Assembly (NCBI GenBank): GCA_051532035.1
Contig: JAOPTW010000013.1
Span: 192,001 to 256,000, forward strand
Length of the DNA stretch: 64,000 nucleotides
Reading direction: 5' to 3'
Origin: Fibrobacterales bacterium
GTDB lineage: Bacteria > Fibrobacterota > Fibrobacteria > Fibrobacterales > JAOPTW01
Every line of letters starts with the position of its first letter. The stretch's first letter is position 1. The notes beneath the pieces are model-generated. The model searched no databases and had not been told where the DNA came from. It saw nothing but the letters and a program-made list of their open reading frames with translations. Both the position numbers and the translations under genes were made by a program. Of the stretch, positions 49,295 to 60,819 are shown piece after piece.

Positions 49295-50866
49295 ATGAGT
49301 CAATATAGCGATAGCCCAAGCAAAAGTCTTGACCACTCTATCTTCAACGATGACTATTTTAAAGGCCACGCTTCTGGAGGCGGTGGAATGCCTCACAATA
49401 CATCAGGAAATTCATCTGCTCAAAATAGTTCTCCATCTTCTACCACATCAAACTCAACACCACAAGAAGAAGAGGAAGAAAAAAAGAGCAACACTCAGAA
49501 TCAGGAACTGATTGAAGAGCAGGAAGAGCCGCAGGAACCGTTAGTTAAACTCTCTAATATACAGTTCCTCACTCCTGAATCGGTTATCATAGACGAAAAA
49601 ACCGAAGTACAGGTAGACGTAACCTTTTTGACTGAGGCGAAGCCTCGAGAGATTGTTTTCAAGATTAATGCGCTCTTTGATGGAAAGATCGAGAGCGGTC
49701 AGCAAGTATCCGGAACCATCAGAAACTCTATTGCACGGGCCACTATGCCAGTACACCTTCATCATGGATACTATTTCAAAGAAAATAAGGCTCTTGATGA
49801 GAAAGTAACCTATACTGTGGCAGCTGTGTGCCCAAGAGACAATACTGAAATTGAAAGTGAGACACTTGAACTTCCCACAATGAGTCAATGCCTCTCACTT
49901 GTCGAAGTGAACAGTGCAGTATTCAACCAGGACGGAATCCTCCCCCGTCTTGATGAAAATAACCATATAATCAAAGCATTGTGTGCGTCATTTCGCTATA
50001 TGAAAGAATGGCCGGATAAAGAAATAACCATTTACGGACATGCCGATACGACCGGTTCTGCCGATTCCGACTTTGAAGTGTCACTGGACAGAGCTCAGGC
50101 TGTAAAGGCACTACTCGCAGGTGATTCCGCACTCTGGAAGTCCGTAGCAAAAAAAATCGGAACTGTCCTTGATTATCAGCGTTATTTAAAGTCCCTTGCC
50201 CTCGCCTACGGATGGGACACTGATCCTGGTTCTGTTGACGGCACACACTCTGAGCAAACGGCCGGTGCATTACAGCAATTTCAAGCCGAGTATAACCAAA
50301 AATATGAAAAGTCAATAGAAATAGACGGTTTAATAGGGCCTGACACCTGGGAAGCATTTTTTGAAATAGTACGCGACAAAGCACTTGTTGGTGCAGATGT
50401 TGCTTCCAAAAGTCTTAATCCAATATTTAATAAAGAACACGACGGCCTGTTCCCCTGCGGATCGCTCTGCCCCAAAAGCAGTACCAGCTTTGACGGATTA
50501 CACTCCGAAACTGACTGCAGAGTAGAGATACAGTTTCATGACAGGCCAACTCCACCGCAACTCCCTAAAGCTTCAGCTCAAATGGAGACTTCAGAAATCA
50601 CCCCCTATGATGCGTTGATTACTACCATGGAAATCATCCCTCTCGATTCTGCTATTCTAGAAGATTGGGCAATAGAGGAACTCAATGATGATGACGATGA
50701 AGCAGACTATGAGGCGGTTGAAACTGAAGAAACTACCCATTGGATTGCAGAAGTTGATGATGATGACGACGATGATAGTGAAATAGAACACAAAGCCCCT
50801 GTAAGTGAACAGCAAGAAAAGTGGCATGCTGTTGCAGACGACGATGATGATGACGAAGAAATTTAA
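49295..50866 (+). CDS. OmpA-like domain protein with inserted peptidoglycan-binding domain and acidic tails
   Basis: IYGHADTTGS..SLDRAQAV; DPGSVDG..T.GALQQFQ..IDGLIGPDTW; CRVEI; no signal peptide. Confidence 0.8.
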   Translation: MSQYSDSPSKSLDHSIFNDDYFKGHASGGGGMPHNTSGNSSAQNSSPSSTTSNSTPQEEEEEKKSNTQNQELIEEQEEPQEPLVKLSNIQFLTPESVIIDEKTEVQVDVTFLTEAKPREIVFKINALFDGKIESGQQVSGTIRNSIARATMPVHLHHGYYFKENKALDEKVTYTVAAVCPRDNTEIESETLELPTMSQCLSLVEVNSAVFNQDGILPRLDENNHIIKALCASFRYMKEWPDKEITIYGHADTTGSADSDFEVSLDRAQAVKALLAGDSALWKSVAKKIGTVLDYQRYLKSLALAYGWDTDPGSVDGTHSEQTAGALQQFQAEYNQKYEKSIEIDGLIGPDTWEAFFEIVRDKALVGADVASKSLNPIFNKEHDGLFPCGSLCPKSSTSFDGLHSETDCRVEIQFHDRPTPPQLPKASAQMETSEITPYDALITTMEIIPLDSAILEDWAIEELNDDDDEADYEAVETEETTHWIAEVDDDDDDDSEIEHKAPVSEQQEKWHAVADDDDDDEEI

Positions 50867-50886
50867 AAACCAAAGGAACCGAAAGT

Positions 50887-52356
50887 ATGCCAAGTAAAAA
50901 GCTCGTTGAAAAAGATGGAAGTATTACCAGGAAAAAGCTCGATCACCGCGACAGATATCGCAATGTTCACTACACCGACAAGCGAAAATCAAACGAAACA
51001 ATCAGAGGAGATAAAATTCAGGTTCGCCTGAAAAAAGTTAAGGGAACCGGAGCTGAGCCCGAAATCACCTGGAGTTATACTGTTGAAAACTGCCCTGATT
51101 ATCTGCGCGAAATAGTAACAGAAAAAGCAAAGTTTCAAAATGACCAATCAGCTTCGGCGAGTAATGATTTTCACTATAAACGATTTGTTATTCCGCCGGT
51201 CAACAATGTCAAATACACTCTGAAAGCAGCGTATCCCGATCAGGACCCTGTTGAAGTAAAAGTATTTACCGCAAAACAGCGCTGTTATCTCAATTTTAAA
51301 ATTAATGACAATGATCTTAACTTCAATACTTCCATGAAAAATAAAATATCTACGATGGTACAAGGTGCCAATGCTATATATAATAAACTGGGGATTGACA
51401 TCCAGGAGGCAGGAACAATACTGAAAAAATCAGTCCGTGGTACTATTCGAGATGTTGAAGAAGGTTCACCAATTTTGTCAGCCAAATGTAAGGCACAAAC
51501 AACAGTTACCATCAAGCAAAAATACTGGGATGATGCAGACAAACTCTATCGATTTCAAATTAAAAAAACAGGAGCCGACACCTTTGAATTTCATAAACTT
51601 GGTTTGGTTAGAGATTTGGGGGGAGCTGGAGATTGTAAGACACTCGAATCTTACAATAACGACAAATTGCTTCAACAGTTTTCCATAGTTGACGGGCATT
51701 TTCTGAAACTCTACCTCCCTGAATCAGAAATACCAACTTACTGGTCTTTAGAGGATAACATAAACTTCAGTAGAGATAAAAATGGTGGCGTAAAAGCTAT
51801 CAGCGTGAATCATAAGACATTCAGTTCATCGGATTCAAAAAATGGACCGAAAGTCGCCAGTGCGTATGAACAAATTTCTAACCTCGAAACGCGCATTGAT
51901 TTAACCAATAGCGTTGTATACCCAGACGAAAACCCCGACTCTGTTGGTGTTGGTGATATTTTAACCTTTGATATCCATATCGTTCGTTATGAATATGGTA
52001 AAACCCAAGGCAGTGGAGATAGCGCCAGTAAATCTATTAAAATGTACATTGATCTGGACAACTGCAATGATAATCGACTCGGAGTGCTTCTCGCTCATGA
52101 ACTGGGCCATGTGATTGATATGGTGGATACCGGTAGTGAAACCCATCACACTCAGCAAGGGGGTAATGGGCACCACTGTACTCATAATACAGTCCTGAAT
52201 CCTGATACAGATGTTCGCAATCCTATTAATGATACTGCCGACCTCTGTGTTATGCATTGGTCCTGCTCACCTTATCTGCAACAGATGAAAGGCTTCTGCC
52301 AGCACTGTTCCGATTTTATTAGAAAAAGGGAGTTGGTGAACTGGCCAAGATTGTAG
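50887..52356 (+). CDS. Hypothetical protein with C-terminal HExxH zinc-metallopeptidase-like motif
   Basis: LLAHELGHVIDM..HHC..CVM..FCQHC; 20 nt after the previous stop. Confidence 0.7.
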   Translation: MPSKKLVEKDGSITRKKLDHRDRYRNVHYTDKRKSNETIRGDKIQVRLKKVKGTGAEPEITWSYTVENCPDYLREIVTEKAKFQNDQSASASNDFHYKRFVIPPVNNVKYTLKAAYPDQDPVEVKVFTAKQRCYLNFKINDNDLNFNTSMKNKISTMVQGANAIYNKLGIDIQEAGTILKKSVRGTIRDVEEGSPILSAKCKAQTTVTIKQKYWDDADKLYRFQIKKTGADTFEFHKLGLVRDLGGAGDCKTLESYNNDKLLQQFSIVDGHFLKLYLPESEIPTYWSLEDNINFSRDKNGGVKAISVNHKTFSSSDSKNGPKVASAYEQISNLETRIDLTNSVVYPDENPDSVGVGDILTFDIHIVRYEYGKTQGSGDSASKSIKMYIDLDNCNDNRLGVLLAHELGHVIDMVDTGSETHHTQQGGNGHHCTHNTVLNPDTDVRNPINDTADLCVMHWSCSPYLQQMKGFCQHCSDFIRKRELVNWPRL

Positions 52357-52957
52357 CAGAAACGATCTCTATGATAGAGTATCAATAGAATGTACACAGG
52401 TATTTGTACGCCTCGCAGTACATAACAATGTAAAAGAAATATTTGTTATGTACTGTGTATACCGGTCTGTCTCAGTTGCAACCTTCCATACTTCCGCAAA
52501 TAAAAAGAGACTACAAAATCTAATGGAGTCCATAGAACTGTGGCTATTCGAATAGTATTTTTTTGGTAAGCGATGTAATCGAAATACTGAGAAATTAGTA
52601 TACGACATTACCCCGCTCTGCAACCTAACTATGGTGATGTGACGTATAGAGTTAAAGTTTGGCCCATAATACAATCATGAATACACCGTACACTACCTGA
52701 ATTCAGGTATATCCAGAAGGATGGATGGCCTAGATAGGCTACGGTAATTGGGGTAGCGACTACCCCATTATCTGCACATATTGGTAATGGGTACAATTTT
52801 GTGGTGAAACAACTAATCGAGTAATGTTTACCGAGAAGACTATAACCAACATACTTTTTATTCACATTATTAAAACATTCATTGCATTCATCCGTTAATC
52901 GTAAGACAATATAACGATAGAGAAAACCGAGAAGTGAATGACTCATCAGGGTATGAC

Positions 52958-55900
52958 ATGAAGTTAATTCAAGGATCAATCAGAAAGAATCTGATAATGA
53001 TTGCAATGCTCAGTTTAATACCGATTATTGCATTATCAATTGGCCTTGCTGTTAATTCGATTTATACAAATGTATTCAAAAGTGAAATTGCAATTTGTGA
53101 AACGAAAATTGATAAAACTCAAAAAATTCTGAGTCAATTTCTTGAAATAGCATTTTCTGATCTAACCTTTTTAAACAACCTTGATGCAATAAATGAATTC
53201 ATGCAGAGTCAACAAATGGATGCCGCGTTTAAAAAGCAGACCGTTGAAAATATATTTTCATCTATGACCAATTCAAGAATGATTTATGATCAAGTGAGAT
53301 TATTAGACAGCTCCGGTATGGAACAACTCAGAGTTAACTGGTCAGAAGACTCAACAATCATTATTCCTCGTAACATGCTTCAGAATAAAAGTGATCGATA
53401 TTACTTTGTAAACACAACTACCCTTCAGCATGATGAATATTATGTGTCACCCATCGATCTAAACCGGGAAAAGGATTCACTCGAGCGTCCCTATAAACCC
53501 ATGCTCCGCATCAGCACCCCACTCCATAACGAACAAGGCATCTTTATTGGCGCCATTATATTAAATATTCTTGCACAAAATTTTCTTCATGCCAGCGCAA
53601 TGAATAACTCTACAGATGAAAGTTACTGGTTTATTACAGACAAGGATGGGTGGTATCTGCACAATGCAACAGACACGACTAAAGAATGGGGCAGTCCACG
53701 AGACCTAAACCATACCATAAACCTCATCAATGATTATCCCGAAAACATAGATTCACTCGTATCATCGAGTCCACACACTGTTCAGTTTGAAACTGATAGT
53801 AGCTTTATCTTCGCTCGACGCATGACCATAACATCTAAGGCTGAGTTAACACTGTTAACCGGATTGGTAGTCAAAAAAAGTCTGCTCTACAGAAAAGTAT
53901 ACCAAACAAGTATTGTTCCAATAACAGCAGCGGTAGCTGCTCTATTTGCAGCCATAATGATTGCATATACAACAAGTCGAAAAATATCCCGCCCGCTTGA
54001 GCAACTTACCAAACATGCTCATGACCTCAGTGCAGGAGAAAAACTGACTCTCACAACGATACAATCGGGCATTTCTGAAATTGATTATCTGTCCGACACC
54101 TTGAATCATATGACCACCTCTTTATTAAATATAAATGAGGAACTTGAACAGAAAGTTAATGAGCGCACTTCAGCCTTATATAAAGAGCAAGCCAGAGCAC
54201 TCGATCTTCTTGAAGAAACACAACGTGATAAGGCCAATGTTGAGCTCATCCTAAAGGAGCGGGATACTATTGAGGAAAAACTACAGGTAACTCAAGCCGC
54301 CATTGAATACGCTTCAGATACAATATTTTGGGTTTCACCGGATGGCTCAATAGATTATGCGAATACATTTGCCTGTGACAGTCTTGGTTATACCAAAGAG
54401 GAATTTTGCAAACTAGAAATAGATGAAATTATCGAAGAGTATCATAGCGGACGCTGGCAACTCCAAAATGAAACACTTCAAACTAAAAACCACCAGAAAT
54501 TTGAATCATCACATATCACTAAAGATGGTCGACACATTCCAGCTGAAGTACGATTAAATTATTTTGAATTTGAAGAGAAAGAATACATTCTAGTACTCAT
54601 ACATGACATTGCGGAAAGGAAAGAAAAAGAGCTCAAATTACAGGCGAGTGAAACTCTCTTGAAAGAGGCTCAAAACATCTCCAAACTTGGCCACTGGATT
54701 CTGGAAATTCCTCAAAATAATTTAATCTGGTCTGATGAAATTTTTTCAATTTTTGAAATAGATAAAAAATATTTTCAAGCTTCATACGAGTATTTTCTTT
54801 CTGTCATTCATCCTGATGATAGAGATATGGTAAATAATGCATATACACGATCTCTAAAAAATAAAAAGCCCTACTCCATAGATCATCGATTACAGATGAT
54901 AGACGGAAGTATAAAACATGTTCGAGAGATCTGCAGAACAGAATACAATCAATCCGGTGAACCTATTCGATCTATCGGCACCTTACAGGATATTACCGAA
55001 CAGAAGAGAACAGAATTAGAACTGGAGAAATCAAAAGTTTTAGCAGAAAGCGCTACCAGAACTAAAAGCCAATTTATTGCGAATATGAGTCACGAAATTC
55101 GCACTCCTATTAATGCTATAATTGGTATGAGCTATCTCGCCCTCAATACTAATATGGACCCACAACAAGTAAACTATGTTAATAAAATTGATGGTGCCGC
55201 ACATTCTCTACTCGGAATCATTAATGACATTCTGGATTTTTCAAAAATTGAATCCGGAAAAATGAGTATAGAAAACACTCCCTTTTCACTTGAAGAAGTC
55301 ATTTCTAATGCTGCCAGTATAATCAACATTAAAGCTGAAGAAAAAAAACTAGAACTTATCATTGATTTAGATCCTGCAATCCCTCAAATGCTTATTGGAG
55401 ATCCGTTAAGAATCACTCAGGTATTGACCAACCTTGCCGGAAACTCTGTTAAGTTCACAGATCAGGGTGAAGTTACCATTTCAGCACAACAGATCCACAA
55501 GGATGGGATCGTATCAGAAATCCTGTTTTCTGTCAAAGATACAGGAATTGGAATCAGCGCATTAGAGCAAAAGAAACTGTTTAAACCGTTTACTCAAGCT
55601 GATGGGTCCATTACACGGAAATATGGAGGTACGGGCCTTGGCCTTACCATAACGAAACAACTCGTTGAGCTAATGGACGGTGGCATTAACATTACGTCTA
55701 CCCCAGGAAAGGGAACAACGTTCAGTTTTTCAATTTTACTTGATGAAGCAGTAATAGAAAACACCAGTACCACCCCAAAAACGGATGAGTTTCAAAACCT
55801 AAAGGTGCTTGTAATGGATTCGAGTGAAGCTGTACTAAAAACAATAACACGGCATCTTCTCTCTCTTAAATTCAAAGTTGAGGCATGTAACACAGGAAAT

Positions 55901-57313
55901 GAAGCCCTAGAGCTCCTTGAACATGCAGGCATACATAAGGATCCATTTAGACTGGCGATAGTAAACATAAAGACAGATAATGATACTACAGACAGCATCA
56001 GTATACTCAATCAAATGGATAATCCTGATAATAATTATCCCTGCCCAAAAAGAATTATTCTCACCACAGAGAACGAACGGGAATCAATTATACGCATCCC
56101 AAATAAGCCATTTTTTGACAGTATTCTTATTAAACCCATACAACCCTCTATTTTATTCAATACTATCATAAGTGTTCTGAGAGATTCAATACTAACCACC
56201 TATAAAAACTTCTCCCAAAACACTCACCCCTCTTCGCTTGCATCAACAGTATCAGGTAAAAAGGTTCTTCTTGTCGAAGACAATGAAATAAACCAAGAAG
56301 TCGCTATGGAAATCCTTACCCTTGCCAACCTTGATATTGATGTTGCTAACAATGGTAAAGAGGCGATAAGTCAGATTAAAAACAATCAGTACGACCTTGT
56401 ATTCATGGACATACAAATGCCGGTTATGGATGGCCTTAAAGCCACACAGATTATTCGAACACTACCAGGGCAAAGCAAAACTGAGCTCCCAATAATCGCC
56501 ATGACCGCTCATGCATTCAAAGAGCAAATTGATCAAAGTTTAGAGGCAGGCATGAATGATCACCTATCCAAGCCCATTGAACCAGAAGTACTCTTTTCTG
56601 TTCTCAACCATTGGCTGGGGCAAAAACCTATAAATGAACGCCCCCTTAAAATAGATCCAGAAGAAGATCAGGATAAACATACAATTCAAGATTATTCACC
56701 AATACTCAATACCAGTAAAGCACTGAAAAGAATGTCTGGGAATGAAAAATTATTTTATAAAATCATTAAAAAGTTTAATAGTGAATATTCAGATTATCCC
56801 AAAAGGATTCAAGACACCTTAAATGAAAACAAAACATTAGAGTCAAAAATTCTCGTACATACTTTAAAAGGACTTTGTGGGAACATTGGTGCAACCGAAC
56901 TTCAAGAGGCCGCTTCAAAACTTGAAGTAGCTATTGATGAAAATAGCGACACCAAAGAATCTCTTTTGGAACAGTTGAATGATACCTTTAGTCAATTACT
57001 TACAGTAATTCATACCATAATAGAAAACGAAGTTGCAATCACTCCCCCACCCTCCACACTTCAACAGGAAGAGAAGAAACCTGATACTATACAATTAATG
57101 AACACCATACTATCTCTAGAACAGTGCCTTACCAATCAACAGCCAATTGAATGCAAAAAAATCATAAAAATGCTGAAACAATATGATCTACCACACTCCT
57201 CAAGTATTGATTATTCGACAATAATAGAAGAGCACATAAACGGTTACAATTTTTCAGAGGCTTTAAATATTATAAATCAATTAAAAAATGAATTGCATTA
57301 TGAAAACACGTAA
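52958..57313 (+). CDS. Hybrid sensor histidine kinase (Cache-HAMP-PAS-PAS-HisKA-HATPase-REC-REC-Hpt)
   Basis: FIANMSHEIRTP, NLAGNSVKFT, DTGIG, GGTGLGL, FMDIQMPVMDG, HTLKG. Confidence 0.95.
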   Translation: MKLIQGSIRKNLIMIAMLSLIPIIALSIGLAVNSIYTNVFKSEIAICETKIDKTQKILSQFLEIAFSDLTFLNNLDAINEFMQSQQMDAAFKKQTVENIFSSMTNSRMIYDQVRLLDSSGMEQLRVNWSEDSTIIIPRNMLQNKSDRYYFVNTTTLQHDEYYVSPIDLNREKDSLERPYKPMLRISTPLHNEQGIFIGAIILNILAQNFLHASAMNNSTDESYWFITDKDGWYLHNATDTTKEWGSPRDLNHTINLINDYPENIDSLVSSSPHTVQFETDSSFIFARRMTITSKAELTLLTGLVVKKSLLYRKVYQTSIVPITAAVAALFAAIMIAYTTSRKISRPLEQLTKHAHDLSAGEKLTLTTIQSGISEIDYLSDTLNHMTTSLLNINEELEQKVNERTSALYKEQARALDLLEETQRDKANVELILKERDTIEEKLQVTQAAIEYASDTIFWVSPDGSIDYANTFACDSLGYTKEEFCKLEIDEIIEEYHSGRWQLQNETLQTKNHQKFESSHITKDGRHIPAEVRLNYFEFEEKEYILVLIHDIAERKEKELKLQASETLLKEAQNISKLGHWILEIPQNNLIWSDEIFSIFEIDKKYFQASYEYFLSVIHPDDRDMVNNAYTRSLKNKKPYSIDHRLQMIDGSIKHVREICRTEYNQSGEPIRSIGTLQDITEQKRTELELEKSKVLAESATRTKSQFIANMSHEIRTPINAIIGMSYLALNTNMDPQQVNYVNKIDGAAHSLLGIINDILDFSKIESGKMSIENTPFSLEEVISNAASIINIKAEEKKLELIIDLDPAIPQMLIGDPLRITQVLTNLAGNSVKFTDQGEVTISAQQIHKDGIVSEILFSVKDTGIGISALEQKKLFKPFTQADGSITRKYGGTGLGLTITKQLVELMDGGINITSTPGKGTTFSFSILLDEAVIENTSTTPKTDEFQNLKVLVMDSSEAVLKTITRHLLSLKFKVEACNTGNEALELLEHAGIHKDPFRLAIVNIKTDNDTTDSISILNQMDNPDNNYPCPKRIILTTENERESIIRIPNKPFFDSILIKPIQPSILFNTIISVLRDSILTTYKNFSQNTHPSSLASTVSGKKVLLVEDNEINQEVAMEILTLANLDIDVANNGKEAISQIKNNQYDLVFMDIQMPVMDGLKATQIIRTLPGQSKTELPIIAMTAHAFKEQIDQSLEAGMNDHLSKPIEPEVLFSVLNHWLGQKPINERPLKIDPEEDQDKHTIQDYSPILNTSKALKRMSGNEKLFYKIIKKFNSEYSDYPKRIQDTLNENKTLESKILVHTLKGLCGNIGATELQEAASKLEVAIDENSDTKESLLEQLNDTFSQLLTVIHTIIENEVAITPPPSTLQQEEKKPDTIQLMNTILSLEQCLTNQQPIECKKIIKMLKQYDLPHSSSIDYSTIIEEHINGYNFSEALNIINQLKNELHYENT

Positions 57314-57372
57314 AAAACATGTAATCTACGGTATTCACATACTCTCTTCACATAGGAAAAAGGTGTAAAGAT

Positions 57373-58851
57373 ATGTCAGATAAAAAGTACAGTGTACTTA
57401 TAATAGACGATACTCCTGAAAATATCGACATTCTCATTGAATCATTACAGGACACCTACGCTCTCTATGTTGCAACACAAGGAAAAGAGGGCATACAGAT
57501 CGCATTAACAAACCTTCCTGACATTATTCTTCTGGATATAATGATGCCAGATATTGATGGATATGAAGTGTGCAAAACATTGAAGGCAAATCCCAGTACT
57601 CAAAGTATCCCTATCATATTCCTAACGGCACTCACCGATGTCGAACATGCATGTAAAGGCCTGGAGATAGGCGCCGCGGACTTCATCAGTAAGCCATTTG
57701 ATCATGACCTTCTTAGCGCGAGAATATCTACTCATCTTGCACTAAAAAGTCATCGAGACAAACTTGAACTATTAATAAAGGAGCGTACACTGGGACTGGA
57801 ACTCACCCAAAGAGTTTTAATTGAAAGCCTAGGAACAATTGCCGAATACCGAGACCCGGAAACGGGTGGCCATATTAAAAGAACTCAAAACTACATCAAG
57901 GCATTAGCCAAAAAATTAAATACCCACCCCAAATATTCAAATCACCTATCTGATTCATACATTGATATACTGCATACTTCCGCCCCTCTCCATGACATAG
58001 GTAAAGTTGGTATAGCGGATACTATTCTGCTCAAACCAGGTAAACTCACCCCGGATGAATTCAACACGATGAAGGAACATGCTCAATATGGATATGATAT
58101 CCTCAAAAAAATCGGAAACAAGTTAAAAAATAAAGAGGTGCTCAAAGTAGCTCAGGATCTCGCATTTTACCACCATGAAAAATGGGATGGTTCAGGCTAC
58201 CCTCAACAACTGAAAGGTGAGGAAATTCCATTGGCCGGTAGATTAATGGCCATAGCCGACGTATATGATGCCCTTATTAGTAAACGGGTATATAAAGAAC
58301 CCTTTGGACAGGATAAAGCAGTTGCAATAATTAAAGAAGGGAGCGGCTCCCATTTTGACCCTGATATTGTTACGTGTTTTTGTGAAATACAAGATACCTT
58401 CAGAAATATTGCAATCACCTATGCAGATTTTGATGAAGAGATTGTCAGCCTTGGAGGGGCTATTGAGCCGGTTCATAAGGCACCAAAAAAAATTAACCGC
58501 ATTCTCATTGCGGATGATAATGATATTAATATCGAAATAATGAAAAACCAACTTGAAGCCCTTAACTTCGAAGTACTCTGCGCCCAAGATGGGGCATCTG
58601 CCTATGATTTATACAAGGAAAAGAAACCCGAATTTGTGTTTACTGACCTCGGAATGCCCAATGGTAACGGATATATGGTTACAGAACAAATAAGAGAATA
58701 TGATTCAGAAACACCGATATATTTGCTCACTGCAAGTGATTATAATATTTCACTGGAGGATCTTAAACAAAAAGGGTTTAATGGTTTTCTACTCAAACCC
58801 CTTGATGAAGAGCTTCTCATAAAAATATTGGGGGTGGAAGCCCACCATTAG
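57373..58851 (+). CDS. Response regulator c-di-GMP phosphodiesterase (REC-HD-GYP-REC, RpfG-like)
   Basis: LLDIMMP; ETGGHIKR, LHDIGK, HHEKWDGSGYP; second REC FTDLGMP. Confidence 0.93.
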   Translation: MSDKKYSVLIIDDTPENIDILIESLQDTYALYVATQGKEGIQIALTNLPDIILLDIMMPDIDGYEVCKTLKANPSTQSIPIIFLTALTDVEHACKGLEIGAADFISKPFDHDLLSARISTHLALKSHRDKLELLIKERTLGLELTQRVLIESLGTIAEYRDPETGGHIKRTQNYIKALAKKLNTHPKYSNHLSDSYIDILHTSAPLHDIGKVGIADTILLKPGKLTPDEFNTMKEHAQYGYDILKKIGNKLKNKEVLKVAQDLAFYHHEKWDGSGYPQQLKGEEIPLAGRLMAIADVYDALISKRVYKEPFGQDKAVAIIKEGSGSHFDPDIVTCFCEIQDTFRNIAITYADFDEEIVSLGGAIEPVHKAPKKINRILIADDNDINIEIMKNQLEALNFEVLCAQDGASAYDLYKEKKPEFVFTDLGMPNGNGYMVTEQIREYDSETPIYLLTASDYNISLEDLKQKGFNGFLLKPLDEELLIKILGVEAHH

Positions 58852-58885
58852 CCTTGACTACATGCCCTTCTAACATTCTTCTCCC

Positions 58886-60598
58886 CTACCGAGCAATCCA
58901 CTCAGTACCCACACTCATATTCTTCGTCGTGCCACTCTGTGCTGCATTTACCAGATCAGTTACCGCTGTGCCAGTACCGTCATCAAAATTCCAGAGATGC
59001 GTTAAGCCTTGTTCTGATCCGGTAAGTCTCTTATCCATTGACCCTGCAATTTCTGACAGTGAACGCACTGTACTCCAAACCCGAAATTCATCCATGGCAC
59101 CTTTAAATTCAGGGTCGTTCGCCCAATTACTCTCTCCAATAAAATTTTTAGTACGAGTTATTGACAATGGAATTGCAGAAGGGTTTCCAGTAACATCTGT
59201 GTATTCCTTCCCATTTTTATAAAATTTAGCCACGCCAGTTGACGAAAGAGTCATTGCGATATGTGTCCAAGTATTTGCCACCCCCGTTAATATATTATTG
59301 GCTAATATTCTACTTTTTCCCGTAGTACCATGATATACCCTAAAATAGAGACTCTTTGTATTTGCGCCATCTACTAATAGAATTACATTATCATTTGTCA
59401 TACCATTACCCCACTCGATAATACGTTCATAGGCTCTAGGAGTTGCAAAACGAAGCCAGCACTCTATAGTCACCCCCTTAGAAAAGTCTAAATCTACATC
59501 AGGAAGGTCAACATAATCATTATCACCGTCAAAAGCTAACGCAAAATTTTGAGTGTGAGGAGCAGATATAGTTACATCTATGTTCATGGTAGAAGCTCCC
59601 CCATTACCATCGACAATTTCTATAACAAAGCTATCAGTACCTGAATATCCAGAATGAGGAGTATAGGTAATCATATTTTGAGAAGTAACACTAGTAGAAA
59701 AGCTCACAGTACCATTTGTAGCAGTACCCCTTTTTTTAACCTGCCAAGTGATGGAGTCTCCATCGGAATCTACTGCAACGAGGTCAAAAGAGTAGGCCGA
59801 ATCTGAAACAGTTGCTATTGCATGAGATGTTACAGCGGGGTTAAATACCGGCTCACTGTTTACCAGGGGCACACTTGATGAGCTCATTGAAGTACTCGAA
59901 GAACTTACTGTAGCGCTGGAAATGTTATTCGAAGAACTTATGTCGCTCAATACCGAACTGCTCAATACAACAGAACGAGAGAGAGCTTGTTGGGAACTCG
60001 ATACTGGCTGTTCAGATGATACAATAGTCACCGAACTAGAAGCGTGTATGAGTGAGCTTGATACTGTATTGTCGTGCACCTGTTCTGACGATTCATTTAT
60101 GGGGTCTGTTGCGTTTGAACTTTCTATCTGGAGTGCTTCATGTCTATTAAGGTACACTACTAGTTTACCTGCTTTATCTACAGTAACGCTATAGATGTTA
60201 ACCTGAATTTGAGTTCCATTTATCTCCGTTTGACGAGCACCATTATCAATAAGACTATCCCTATGAGTAATGGCGTCTGCATATAAGGAATCTTGCTCTG
60301 CTTTGTACGCGAGGGTCTGCTCACTAAACCTCTTGAAAAAGTGCTCTTGTACCTGCTCAAGTTCGGCAATCCGACTCGTGTCTGTTTCACTATCAAGTAA
60401 CCCGTCAATGTGTTCAAGAGAATCTTTTAACTGAATAAGATGATCATAGGGTTCTATGGCATCACTTGAACTATTTTCAGAACCTTCTGGGTAATCATTG
60501 GGAGTAACACCCTTAACTCCCTGTTGACAGTGGGTTAAATAGAGAGCCAAGAATATAACCGTAGCTTTCACTCGAATATTTGAGTATTTGAATTGCAT
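58886..60598 (-). CDS. Lipoprotein: helical N-domain, Ser-rich linker, Ig-like (Big_9) and LamG domains
   Basis: LTHC lipobox; DSDGD..YTP..GY.GTDSF; ALAFDGDNDYV..WTHIA..MDEFRVWS. Confidence 0.82.
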   Translation of the reverse strand: MQFKYSNIRVKATVIFLALYLTHCQQGVKGVTPNDYPEGSENSSSDAIEPYDHLIQLKDSLEHIDGLLDSETDTSRIAELEQVQEHFFKRFSEQTLAYKAEQDSLYADAITHRDSLIDNGARQTEINGTQIQVNIYSVTVDKAGKLVVYLNRHEALQIESSNATDPINESSEQVHDNTVSSSLIHASSSVTIVSSEQPVSSSQQALSRSVVLSSSVLSDISSSNNISSATVSSSSTSMSSSSVPLVNSEPVFNPAVTSHAIATVSDSAYSFDLVAVDSDGDSITWQVKKRGTATNGTVSFSTSVTSQNMITYTPHSGYSGTDSFVIEIVDGNGGASTMNIDVTISAPHTQNFALAFDGDNDYVDLPDVDLDFSKGVTIECWLRFATPRAYERIIEWGNGMTNDNVILLVDGANTKSLYFRVYHGTTGKSRILANNILTGVANTWTHIAMTLSSTGVAKFYKNGKEYTDVTGNPSAIPLSITRTKNFIGESNWANDPEFKGAMDEFRVWSTVRSLSEIAGSMDKRLTGSEQGLTHLWNFDDGTGTAVTDLVNAAQSGTTKNMSVGTEWIAR

Positions 60599-60787
60599 AT
60601 GTGTCCCCGTTGCGAAATATTGTCAGTTTTATCTAAGCCCCCCCCAGTGGAGCCCTGAAAATCATTCTCGAGAAAGAATATACCAAATATTATTATTCCT
60701 TGGATATTTTAAGGCGATTCTCGCCTAATTTCACTCTAAAAAATGCCCATGTATAGCCCCCATACCAACGAATCATTAGAAAACATA

Positions 60788-60819
60788 AAAGAGGCTCCTC
60801 TGAGTGAGAGAGCCTCTTT
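60788..60819. terminator. Terminator-like hairpin
   Basis: aaagaggctc..gagcctcttt. Confidence 0.55.

Noticed and set aside
52369..52979. Two minus-strand ORFs or an ncRNA upstream of the hybrid kinase
   Set aside because: Unprotein-like composition; only a small ggggtag/ctacccc hairpin, with no recognisable RNA family.
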